From contig OY762508.1 in assembly GCA_963665975.1 (NCBI GenBank), positions 3,357,456 through 3,421,455 on the forward strand: a stretch of DNA of 64,000 nt. Reading direction: 5' to 3'. The notes beneath the pieces were generated by a model, which worked only from the letters and a program-made list of their open reading frames with translations, ran no database searches and had not been told where the DNA came from. The first letter of the stretch is position 1. Each line of letters opens with the position of its first letter. Made by a program: the position numbers and the translations under genes. Positions 1 to 8,676 of the stretch are shown piece after piece. This stretch comes from Rhodothermales bacterium (GTDB lineage: Bacteria > Bacteroidota > Rhodothermia > Rhodothermales > Bin80).

Positions 1-1051
1 GAGTGGGTTAAGTTAAGCGGTTCAGGGGATTCGGTTTCGCCTTTCAGAGCGATGGTCAGGTCCTGCATGAGCGTAGCATCTATAGGCGTCAGTCGGGATT
101 CGTAGTGCAAGAAGATGGCGGCAAACCAACGGTGACGCTGATCGGAGGAGCTCCAGCGCTTTACGTTCCGTGTGCGGTGCGTGATGATGCTGTTGAGGTT
201 CTCGATAATGTTGGTCGTCTTCAGGCTGTCTCTGAGCTTCTTGCCTATCCCGAGTCGGTGCAGCGTAAGGGTTTCCTCCAGACCTTCAGACAGGCTTGCA
301 GCCGCCTTTGGACAAGAGTGTGTCAACTCTGCATGGATCGTGTGCAGTGCGGTATGGGCTTCTGTGTACGTTTCTTTCTCCCACGCGGCTTGTAGTCGCG
401 TTTTGAGCGGTTCGGCCTCATCTTTTCTTGAGGTGACCCACCACGTTCTCCCACTTGCGCCACTGGCACCGCTGCAATTCGATGTCGTTGCCAAACGTCT
501 CATATACGGCTTTACGCTGCCCCTTGGCACCGTCCAGAATCACCGACAGCTTGCCGTCATAGGAAAAACCTCGCCGCATGAGATCCTCCAGGAGCGCCTT
601 CACCTGGGCATGCCCTTCCGCCGCTTTCAACGACCGCCAACACCTCCTTCTTGCCCGTGACCGTAACCCCCATGGCCACAATCATCTGCACTCCCTGCAA
701 GCATTTGCCGTCGATAAACAGCACTGCGTACTTCTCCTTGTCCAGCCGACGCGTTTCAACCCGTTCGAGCGCGTTGGCGGAGGTCCCCACAAAGGCGCGC
801 CCTACCGTGCTGGCGCTCCGTCCTATGCTATCGCAAAACGTCTGGACCGCCCCCTTGTAATTGCGCTGGGACAGTCCAGCCAACAACTGCTCACACATCT
901 TCTCATCGTCCAGACCACGCTTTGCGTGTAACCTGCAGCACGTCTCCAGCGGACGTTCCTTGTTCGTTTTGATTTTGCGTACACGGCGCACACGCACCTT
1001 CACACGCTCATTGTTGTAGCGGATCGTGCCTGGATTCGTCCCCCACCGCAT
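1..1051 (-). pseudogene. IS256-family (mutator-type) transposase, broken into at least 3 frames; the element runs off the window start
   Basis: Minus-strand ORF pieces 557-1051 (GTIRYNNERVKVRVRRVR...YAVLFIDGKCLQGVQMIVAMGVTVTGKKEVLAVVESG) and 418-681 (DGKLSVILDGAKGQRKAVYETFGNDIELQRCQWRKWENV) carry IS256-type motifs. Bases 8-417 are homologous to the intact C-terminal ORF at 7433-7804 but have a 1-bp insertion near 309. The stop codon is at 8-10. Confidence 0.8.
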
Positions 1052-1059
1052 ACATACCG

Positions 1060-1425
1060 TGCATGACGCGCAACCCCCCGGTCTGTCTGCAACAGCTGTC
1101 CGGTGCGCTGGATCGTGAGGGTCTCTTGCAAGCCTTCCAGCAGCGCATTGGCTGCCGAACGATTGATGCGCTTCAACTCCGCGTGGATGTCAATGAGTGC
1201 GGCTTCGGCCTTGTTCGCGTCGGGAAGTTGCCAGACCTGCTGCAAACGGCTACGATAGTCGCCGCGCACCGGATCGGACAACCCACCGGTTACCTGCGCC
1301 AGTTTGGCGTTCAAACAGCGCTGAATAGCGATTCGAGGGCCAAACACGCGTCGTACGACTGTTTGCAGCCCTATGGGGCAAAATGCACAAAGGCCCTTCG
1401 TCCACGGACAACCCGCGTTCCACAA
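1060..1425 (-). pseudogene. C-terminal fragment of a second, divergent IS256-family transposase
   Basis: ORF 1000-1425 (-) reads IAIQRCLNAKLAQV...AEAALIDIHAELKRINRSAANALLEGLQETLTIQRTG. This matches the QRC...LEEGLEETLT region of IS256 transposases. Similarity is lost near 1060-1090, where the other copy begins. The N-terminal two thirds are absent. Confidence 0.6.
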
Positions 1426-1432
1426 GGCGTTG

Positions 1433-1494
1433 TAAGGTAATATGGTTCGGCGGTCTTATACGCTGCGTACAACCGTTTCCCCCATATTACCTTA
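1433..1494. repeat. Perfect 13-bp inverted repeat (taaggtaatatgg / ccatattacctta) with a 36-nt loop
   Basis: Read directly: arms at 1433-1445 and 1482-1494. It lies at the outer edge of the IS256 fragment, followed by an AT-rich stretch at 1500-1600. Confidence 0.8.
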
Positions 1495-1978
1495 CGAGTC
1501 TCTTGCAAAATCCTTTTGATCGAAGCTTCCTGGTCACAATAAATACACAGTAATAAAGTATTAATACACAGCATAGTTACAAACAATGTATTATTTTGCT
1601 TTCGGGGTTCTCTGAGTGTGTGGAAACGCAAGGGCCTACCCGGTCCTTGACCGCCGGAGCCAGCATTCCAGCTCCTCTCGTAATCCGCAACTGCCTTACC
1701 TCAGGTGGAAGCCAGAGCACCCAAGTTCGCCTCACAAGCAGAAAAACCCTTCAAATCACGGGTTTTGCAAGAGGCTCATTGGTGTAAGAAGGGGGTAACA
1801 AGGCCCGGAAAGTTGGACCGGATCTCCTGTTTTCGCCCTTCCCACCAAAGACGGATCCCAATTCTAAACGTGACGAAGTTGAATTCAGCGGGCCAGATGA
1901 CCCGTGGATTGCTTCGGTTCACTACGGTTGGGACCCTCCATGTAGTAGCATTCGGTCCACGTTGCCGACGGCAAGAAG

Positions 1979-4900
1979 ATGATTTTCTTCCGGCACACTC
2001 GCAAGCAGTTGCGGTGGCTCCGACGTCCTGGTGGCCTTTCGGTCCGCCTCGGCCTGGGCGCCGTGGCCTGTATGTTGTCCGTGCAGGTTGTCGCAGCCCA
2101 GGAGATTTCGGTTGTGTTCGAAGTCTTGAAAACCCTGTATGACGTAACGGACGGTGACAATTGGAATAACAACGCCAACTGGGACACGACCAGGGTACCC
2201 ACTGCTGCTGAATTGAGTACGTGGCACGGAGTAACCTACACCGACGGTTCATTGACCCAGTTTTTCCTGGTGAACAACAATCTCACTGGTCCGATTCCGC
2301 CCGAATTGGGCAAACTCACAGATCTCAAACACGTTTGTCTCGACAGTAATGCACTCAGCGGTTCGATTCCGTCCGAGTTGGGTGACCTCGTAAATCTCGA
2401 AACCCTTACTGCCAGCACGAATGCGCTAAGCGATCCGATTCCGTCCTCGCTGGGCAACCTCGCAAATCTCAAAGTCCTTTCTCTCGGCGGCAATTCACTA
2501 AGCGATCCGATTCCGTCCGAGTTGGGCAAACTCGCAAATCTCAAATTCCTTTTTCTCTCCGCCAATGAGCTCAGCGGTTCGATTCCGTCTTCGCTGGGCA
2601 ATCTCGAGAATCTCATAATCCTTTCTCTCACCGACAATTCACTCAGCGATCCGATTCCGTCCTCGCTGGGCAACCTCACGAATCTCAGAGAGCTTTATAT
2701 CGCTCACAATTCACTCAGCGGTTCGATTCCGTCCTCGCTGGGCAACCTTACAGAATTCAGACGGCTTGATCTAAGCCATAACAAGTTTACGAATCCGTTA
2801 CCGATGAGCATGACGCAGCTGGGCTTCATGTACGATTTCGACTGGCACGACAACAACGGTCTATGCGCCCCGTTGGACACAGATTTTCAGGACTGGCTTG
2901 CTGAGGTCGAGCGGCGCGGCTGGGCCAGGGGCCCCAACTGTACTGCGCAACAAGCGGCGACGCTCTCGGTGCATGGCGAATCGGTAAGCGAGAGCGCGAG
3001 TGAGGCGGTGGTATCTGCGCGTTTGACGCCATCCAGCACGGAGGAGGTTCGGGTGCATGTTTCCACGGCGGATGGTACCGCGACAGCGGGATCCGACTAC
3101 ACCGCAGGGGCATCGGATCTGGTCTTTGCGCCCGGCGAGACGGAGAAGAGCATCCGGATTGCGATTCTGGATGATGCCCTGGTCGAAGGAGACGAGACGT
3201 TTCAGGTGCAGCTGAGCGGGGCGCAGAACGCGGACATCTCGCGAGGCGCGGCGACGGTGACCATCGTTGACGACGATTTCACGGAAGTGTCGATCGACGA
3301 TGTCGTGGTGGCGGAGGATGAAGGGCGTGCGGTGTTCACGGTGCGTGTTAGTGCACCGTCTACCGGTCCGGTTACGGTGCCCTACACGAGCGTCAACGGT
3401 ACGGCGACGGCGGGAGCGGACTATGTTCCGGTCTCCGAGGAGCTTGTGATTCTTCCGGGGGAGTTGAGCGGGCAGGTGGAGGTGGTCGTGATTGATGATG
3501 AGCGTTTTGAAGAGGACGAGACGTTCACGGTCGTGTTAAACAATGCTGCGGGTGCGGTGCTCGGCGACCACACGGGCGAGGGCACGATTCGGGACAACGA
3601 CCGGTATGGGTTGCGTGTCGATGACGTGACGGTAGGGGAGGCGGATGGCGGGGTGCGCTTTACGGTATCGTTGGACCGGCCGAATCCGGTGCAGATCGTA
3701 CGGGTGACCTACGCCACGGCAAACGGTACGGCGACGGCGGGGTTGGACTACGAAGCGCGAAGCGGCACGCTGGAGTTTTCGTCTGGGGTGGTGAGCCGAA
3801 CCGTACGGGTGCCGATTACGGACGACACGGAATGGGAGGATAGCGAGACGTTGTCACTGGTGTTGAGTGCGCCTCGAAACGCGGAGATTGCAGATAGGGT
3901 CGGAGTGGGTACGATCGTGGATGACGATGCGGTGTATCTTCGGATTGCGGATGTGAGGGCGGAGGAGGGTTCCGAGCACATGGTGTTTGCGGTGCGTCTG
4001 AACAGGCCCAGTCCGGTAGCGGTAAGCGCGTTCTACGAGACGCGGGGAGCGTCGGCGTTGGAGGGGGTGGACTACGTTCGCATGGCAGGGAGCGTGCGGT
4101 TTGCGCCTGGAGAGACGGAGCAGACGATTGTGGTGTCTCTGTTGGATGACGCGCTTGACGAGCCGGACGAGACGTTTCAGGTGCTACTAAGCGGCGTGGA
4201 GCATGCGGAGGTTGCGGTGCCGGAGGCGACAGGTACGATTGTGGATGACGACCGTACACCGGTGCTGGATGTGGTGCAGGGCGTGCGGGTGTTTGAAGGG
4301 GCTGGTAGTGCGTTGTTTGCGGTCACACTGAGCGCACCGAGCGCGTACGAGGTGACGGCAGTCTATGCGACGGTGGACGGTACGGCGCAGGCGGGTTCAG
4401 ACTACGAGGGGGTATCGGGTACGCTGCGCATTGCACCCGGGGAGACGGCAGGCATGCTCCGAGTGTCTATTGTGGATGATGCGGTACGCGAGCCGGAAGA
4501 GACGTTTACGCTGGTGCTGAGCGGGGTGCAGCATGCGGATCTGGGAGCCGGTACAAGCACGGGTACGATTGTGGATGACGAGGCGCCGCTGCACATGCGC
4601 ATAGACGATGTGACGGTAGGAGAGGATGCGGGAAGCGCGGTCTTCACGGTGCGGTTGAGCGGTCAGAGTGCGATGGCGGTGCGGGCGAATTATGCGACCA
4701 CGGACGAGACGGCGACAGTGGGTGCGGACTACACCGAGACGAGTGGCGCCTTGCATTTTGCACCGGGCGAAGTGGAGAAGCGGATTGTGGTGCCGGTGTT
4801 GGAGGACGATGTGGACGAGCCGGACGAGACGTTTCTGGTGCGGTTGAGCGGAGCGGTGGGAGCGGAGATAGCAGGTGGCGCCGGTCGGGGCACGATTACG

Positions 4901-7165
4901 GACAATGACGAGCTGCTGACGGTCAGCATCTATGATGGTCGCGCCTCGGAGGATGCGGGGTTGCTGGTTCTTCCGGTGCGGCTGAGCCGGACGAGTTTGC
5001 GTGTGGTGCGTGTGTTGTATGCGACGTTGGACGAGACGGCGGAGGCGGGCGCCGACTACACCGAGACGAGCGGCAGGGTGGAGTTTGCACCGGGCGAAGT
5101 GGAGAAGGGGATTGTGGTGTCGGTGTTGGAGGACGATGTGGACGAGCCGGACGAGACGTTTTTGGTGCGGTTGAGCGGAGCGGTGAATGCGGAGATTGTA
5201 GAGGGTACAGGTCGGGGTACGATTACGGACAATGACGAGCCGCTGACGATCAGTATCTACGATGGTCGCGCCACGGAGGATGCGGGGTTGCTGCATCTTC
5301 CGGTGCGGCTGAGCCGGACGAGTTCGCGTGTGGTGAGTGTGTTTTTTGAATCTTCGGATCTGACGGCGGAAGCGGGGTTGGACTACGCGGCATCGCGGGG
5401 GATCGTGGTGTTTGAACGCGGCAGTACGGAGGGAGTGGTAGCCATCACGGTGGAGGAAGACGCGCTGGACGAGGATCACGAGACGTTTCAGGTGACGCTA
5501 TCGCGTCCGACGAACGCGGTGATTGCGCGGGGTGTGGCTACCGGAACGATTGGAGACAACGACGGGATGCCGCATTTGCGGATGGACGATATTCTGGTGC
5601 GTGAGGACGGTGAGGCGGCGGTCTTTACGGTGCGGCTTTCGATGCCGAGCACGCGATTGGTAACGGTCGGCTACCGGACTGTTGACGGCACGGCGACGGC
5701 GGGAGCGGACTATGAGGAGACCTCGGGCACGCTCACGTTTGCTCCGGGCACGATGCAAAAGGAGGTGGATGTACGGTTGATGCGCGGGGAGCGGGACTGG
5801 CGGGAGGAGACGTTTACGTTGGCGTTGGCGTCGGCATCGAACGCGTTGTTGGAGGATGCGGTGGCGCTGGCGACGATAGTGGAGGAGGAGCCGATAGAGA
5901 CGGGCGTGTTGGTGGCGTATCTTGCGCGGTTTGCGCGCACGTCGGCGGGGCATGTGACCGAGGCGCTGGGGGAGCGGTTGCGGGAGGTTGCTCCGGTGTG
6001 CGCACCGGTGGCTGGGGCGGGGTTGCAGCTGGTGCGGTACGCGAATCCGCACTGGAATCCGTCGGCGGGAGAGTTGTTGGCGGGTTGCGGTCTGTTGACC
6101 CGTTCGTCTGTCGGTGGTGGAGCGTTCAGCGTGTGGGGTCGTGGCGCATTCACGCGGTGGGGTGGTCGGGAGAGTGCGTTGTCGTTGCGCGCGGATGTGA
6201 CCACGGCGTCGTTTGGAGCGGACTACCGTTGGCGGAGCGGGCTGTTGGCGGGGCTTGTTCTGGCGTACAGCGATGGGGCGGGCACGTTCGAGGCGTATGC
6301 GGCGGACGGGAAGACGGGTGCGAGGCTTACGGGAGTGTATCCGTATGTGAGTTACCGTTTGTGGTCGAGCGACATCTGGGTGTTGGTGGGTCTGGGTCGG
6401 GGTACGGCGGAGGTGGAAGGCGCCAAGCGTGTAGAGGCGGAGCTTGCCGCGAGCCTGGTGGCGGCGGGAGCGACCGGTACGCTGGTACAAGGCGGAACGG
6501 CGCGGTTGTCGTACGAGGCGGATGCGTTTGTTGTCCGGGTAGATGCAGAGGAAGCGAGGCGGATCCTGGTGAGCCGTTTGCGGGCGGGTCTGGAAGGCAG
6601 CGTTCTAATGGGCAGGACGGTACGTCCGTATGTGGAGGTTGCGCTTCGTGGGGATGGTGGGGACGCGGAGACGGGGTTGGGGCTTGAGATGGGAGGAGGA
6701 GTGCGTCTGGCGCATCCGGGCAGCATCCTGCGTGCGGCAGTGGGTGCACGGGGGTTGGTGACGCATGCATCCGCAGGGTTTACGGAATGGGGAGTGGCGG
6801 CAACGCTGCGTTACGGCGCGGCGGGCGGTCTGGGTCCGACAGCGGAACTGCGTCCGGTATGGGGGGCAGGGCAGTCTGGCGGGATGCAGGCGCTGTGGCG
6901 TCACCCTTCGGTAGCGCAAGCGGCGATCAGCGCGTCCGGTCAACAACGCGTGGAGTTGTTGTTGGGGTATGGAGTGGCGCACCCGACAGGGGTGGCGCGT
7001 CCGGTCTTTGCGGTGACCATGCGGGAGGGTGGCCGGGAGTATCGACTTGGCTACGAGGTGAGGCTGCAAAACGGACTGGCGCTGTCCGCGTCCGGGACCG
7101 CACGAGGACATGTCGCAGAGCCTGTCGTGTACGGCATCAGCAGCCACGCGACGCTGCGGTGGTGA
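1979..7165 (+). CDS. Giant secreted protein: signal peptide, about 8 plant-type LRRs, 9 Calx-beta domains, C-terminal autotransporter-like beta-barrel
   Basis: 1,728-aa ORF.
- N-terminus is hydrophobic (GLGAVACMLSVQVVAAQE).
- 24-aa LRR units read LSGSIPSxLGNLxNLxxLxLxxNx.
- Nine ~109-aa units each have G(T)ATAGxDY...FAPGE...DDxxxExDETF...GTIxDDD (Calx-beta signature).
- The last ~420 aa have alternating beta-strand character (FSVWGRGAFTRWGG...FGADYRWRSGLLAGLVLAYSDG...) and a terminal aromatic residue (ATLRW), as in T5SS/OMP barrels. Confidence 0.8.
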   Translation: MIFFRHTRKQLRWLRRPGGLSVRLGLGAVACMLSVQVVAAQEISVVFEVLKTLYDVTDGDNWNNNANWDTTRVPTAAELSTWHGVTYTDGSLTQFFLVNNNLTGPIPPELGKLTDLKHVCLDSNALSGSIPSELGDLVNLETLTASTNALSDPIPSSLGNLANLKVLSLGGNSLSDPIPSELGKLANLKFLFLSANELSGSIPSSLGNLENLIILSLTDNSLSDPIPSSLGNLTNLRELYIAHNSLSGSIPSSLGNLTEFRRLDLSHNKFTNPLPMSMTQLGFMYDFDWHDNNGLCAPLDTDFQDWLAEVERRGWARGPNCTAQQAATLSVHGESVSESASEAVVSARLTPSSTEEVRVHVSTADGTATAGSDYTAGASDLVFAPGETEKSIRIAILDDALVEGDETFQVQLSGAQNADISRGAATVTIVDDDFTEVSIDDVVVAEDEGRAVFTVRVSAPSTGPVTVPYTSVNGTATAGADYVPVSEELVILPGELSGQVEVVVIDDERFEEDETFTVVLNNAAGAVLGDHTGEGTIRDNDRYGLRVDDVTVGEADGGVRFTVSLDRPNPVQIVRVTYATANGTATAGLDYEARSGTLEFSSGVVSRTVRVPITDDTEWEDSETLSLVLSAPRNAEIADRVGVGTIVDDDAVYLRIADVRAEEGSEHMVFAVRLNRPSPVAVSAFYETRGASALEGVDYVRMAGSVRFAPGETEQTIVVSLLDDALDEPDETFQVLLSGVEHAEVAVPEATGTIVDDDRTPVLDVVQGVRVFEGAGSALFAVTLSAPSAYEVTAVYATVDGTAQAGSDYEGVSGTLRIAPGETAGMLRVSIVDDAVREPEETFTLVLSGVQHADLGAGTSTGTIVDDEAPLHMRIDDVTVGEDAGSAVFTVRLSGQSAMAVRANYATTDETATVGADYTETSGALHFAPGEVEKRIVVPVLEDDVDEPDETFLVRLSGAVGAEIAGGAGRGTITDNDELLTVSIYDGRASEDAGLLVLPVRLSRTSLRVVRVLYATLDETAEAGADYTETSGRVEFAPGEVEKGIVVSVLEDDVDEPDETFLVRLSGAVNAEIVEGTGRGTITDNDEPLTISIYDGRATEDAGLLHLPVRLSRTSSRVVSVFFESSDLTAEAGLDYAASRGIVVFERGSTEGVVAITVEEDALDEDHETFQVTLSRPTNAVIARGVATGTIGDNDGMPHLRMDDILVREDGEAAVFTVRLSMPSTRLVTVGYRTVDGTATAGADYEETSGTLTFAPGTMQKEVDVRLMRGERDWREETFTLALASASNALLEDAVALATIVEEEPIETGVLVAYLARFARTSAGHVTEALGERLREVAPVCAPVAGAGLQLVRYANPHWNPSAGELLAGCGLLTRSSVGGGAFSVWGRGAFTRWGGRESALSLRADVTTASFGADYRWRSGLLAGLVLAYSDGAGTFEAYAADGKTGARLTGVYPYVSYRLWSSDIWVLVGLGRGTAEVEGAKRVEAELAASLVAAGATGTLVQGGTARLSYEADAFVVRVDAEEARRILVSRLRAGLEGSVLMGRTVRPYVEVALRGDGGDAETGLGLEMGGGVRLAHPGSILRAAVGARGLVTHASAGFTEWGVAATLRYGAAGGLGPTAELRPVWGAGQSGGMQALWRHPSVAQAAISASGQQRVELLLGYGVAHPTGVARPVFAVTMREGGREYRLGYEVRLQNGLALSASGTARGHVAEPVVYGISSHATLRW
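2282..2857 (+). repeat. 72-bp tandem repeat array (about 8 units) encoding the LRR block
   Basis: The strings cactcagcggttcgattccgtcc / cactaagcgatccgattccgtcc recur with a 72-nt period, and gggcaacctc..aatctc follows the same period. Confidence 0.85.
4724..5377 (+). repeat. 327-bp x 2 tandem duplication inside the Calx-beta array
   Basis: Units 4724-5050 and 5051-5377 both start g-c-[g/c]-gactacaccgagacgag. The encoded 109-aa units are about 80% identical by hand alignment, far above the other Calx-beta pairs. Confidence 0.85.
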
Positions 7166-7432
7166 CCCATGCAATGCAACGGAGACCGGAGCAGTTGTGA
7201 TCACCGTGACGGGCCCGCAAACAACCCCGGCAGGACACGGACCTGAACCCGTTCCAGCGGCCGATCACTCTGATCATGGGGTTGAAGCCGCACCGTTACG
7301 AAAGGCGGTACGTATGTCGGGGTTAGGGTGGATGTGGATGGAAGAAAAGTAGTGTCAGGGAAGGGAGTGGTATATCCTGTTATTATTTGGGATCGCCCCG
7401 TTATGAGTTGGGTGGGGCGTAGGTTGAATGGA

Positions 7433-7843
7433 TTATGTTAAGCGGTTCCGGGGTTTGGATTCGCCTTTCATAGCGATTGGCAGGTCCTGCATGAGCGTAG
7501 CATCTATAGGCGTCAGTCGGGACTCGTAGTGCAGGAAGATGGCGGCAAACCAACGGTGACGCTGATCGGAGGAGCTCCAGCGCTTTACGCGTGTGCGATG
7601 CGTGATGATGCTGTTGAGGTTCTCGATAATGTTGGTCGTCTTCAGGCTGTCTCTGAGCTTTTTGCCTATCCCGAGTCGGTGCAGCGTAAGGGTTTCCTCC
7701 AGACCTTCAGACAGGCTTGCAGCCGCCTTGGACAAGAGTGTGTCAACTCTGCATGGATCGTGTGCAGTGCGGTGCGGGCTTCCGTATAAGTTTCTATCTC
7801 CCACGCGGCTTGCAGTCGCACATTGAGCTGTACGGCCTCATCT
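7433..7843 (-). pseudogene. 3'-terminal fragment of an IS256-family transposase (direct repeat of 8-430)
   Basis: ORF 7433-7804 (-) reads ...LSEGLEETLTLHRLGIGKKLRDSLKTTNIIENLNSIITHRTRVKRWSS... (IS256 C-terminus). The nucleotide sequence is nearly identical to 8-430, and similarity ends at about 7843. Confidence 0.8.
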
Positions 7844-7979
7844 ATTTTGGCTCTTCCCCAATTAAATGGGTACTACGTCGGACTTGGTTGTAACCGACAT
7901 GAGATGAAGTCGCATTCTGCCCGTTTCTTGTCTGTCTCGAAGTCATTGTCCCGATGGCACGCACGTTGCTTCCATCCCA

Positions 7980-8546
7980 ACAACGATATGTCGCTTCGAA
8001 AGAAAGATATCGGCCGCCTCTTTGGCATTCATGCTCTTTGGGGAAGCAGCCGCTCGGGTGAGCGACGACGCCATTCTGTGGTTGCTGAAGGCCATACTCA
8101 AAGCGGGAGGTAAGAAGGGCTTGTGGAAGCGTCTGTTGGAGGAGTCTGCCAAGATCGAGGTTGCACTGAATGTGGAGGAGACGCGGTGCGTGGATCTCAC
8201 CCATGGGGAGAGTATCACGTCTAATGGATTCGAGATACGTCGCTATCAGACGAGACAAGCCCGGTGGGGAGTGCTGAAAGTGCCTCTCATGAAGGCGCGT
8301 ACGAAGCTTCTCCGCAGGCTCAATGAGGACTTCCAGCGTTTTCATTCGCAACCGATGGAACGGGTGATTGCTCGGATCAATCCCATGCTGCGGGGGTGGG
8401 TGCACTACGTTCGCATAGGGCGGTCGAGTCATTGCTTTGGTTTCGTGTGTACCTGGGTTTAGCGAAAGGTGCTGCGCCACATGATGCATGCCCGAGGACG
8501 AAGCGTGCATAGGTGGAAGAGGTCGAGTTGGCAAATACTAATATGA
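7980..8546 (+). pseudogene. Group II intron-encoded reverse transcriptase/maturase, C-terminal remnant with an in-frame stop
   Basis: ORF 8022-8462 reads ...LNVEETRCVDLTHGESITSNGFEIRRY...ERVIARINPMLRGWVHYVRIGRSSHCFGFVCTWV. After the TAG at 8460-8462 the same frame continues RKVLRHMMHARGRSVHRWKRSSWQ, the typical maturase C-terminus. No HNH domain follows. Confidence 0.65.
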
Positions 8547-8643
8547 CCGATTGGGACTGTATGACCAGTGGCAGGTGCGGAAACGCCAGCCGACAGCGCT
8601 CCTATGCCAACTGCGCATAGACTTTGAGAATCAGCCATCAGGT

Positions 8644-8676
8644 GAGCCCGGTGCGAAAAAATCGCACGCCGAGGTT
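8644..8676 (+). ncRNA. Group II intron domain V-like hairpin
   Basis: The sequence is gagcccggtgcgaaaaaatcgcacgccgaggtt. It has an AGC triad at the 5' base, a ugcg/cgca upper helix, a 2-nt bulge on the 3' strand and a lower helix closed by G-U/A-U pairs. There is one extra bulged A relative to the canonical fold. Confidence 0.5.

Noticed and set aside
105-660. Plus-strand ORFs at 105-395 and 172-660 (and their twins at 7529-7789 and 7593-7826).
   Set aside because: They are antisense to the recognisable IS256 transposase frames, and they recur only because the underlying DNA is repeated.
4397-6490. Long minus-strand ORFs (360 and 330 aa) and Gly/Arg-rich alternative + frame ORFs (e.g. 5998-6687) inside the giant gene.
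   Set aside because: They are the same antisense or off-frame artefact of a G-rich, repeat-rich coding strand. The translations are low-complexity His/Arg/Pro strings with no motifs.
7842-8534. A 230-aa minus-strand ORF across the group II intron remnant.
   Set aside because: It is antisense to the recognisable maturase sequence on the + strand, and nothing in its translation is recognisable.
7980-8546. The reverse transcriptase fragment as part of a retron or a diversity-generating retroelement targeting the giant repeat protein.
   Set aside because: The surviving sequence has the group II maturase X-domain motif (RGWVHYVRIG) and a downstream domain V hairpin. I found no template/variable repeat pair or msr/msd-like structure.
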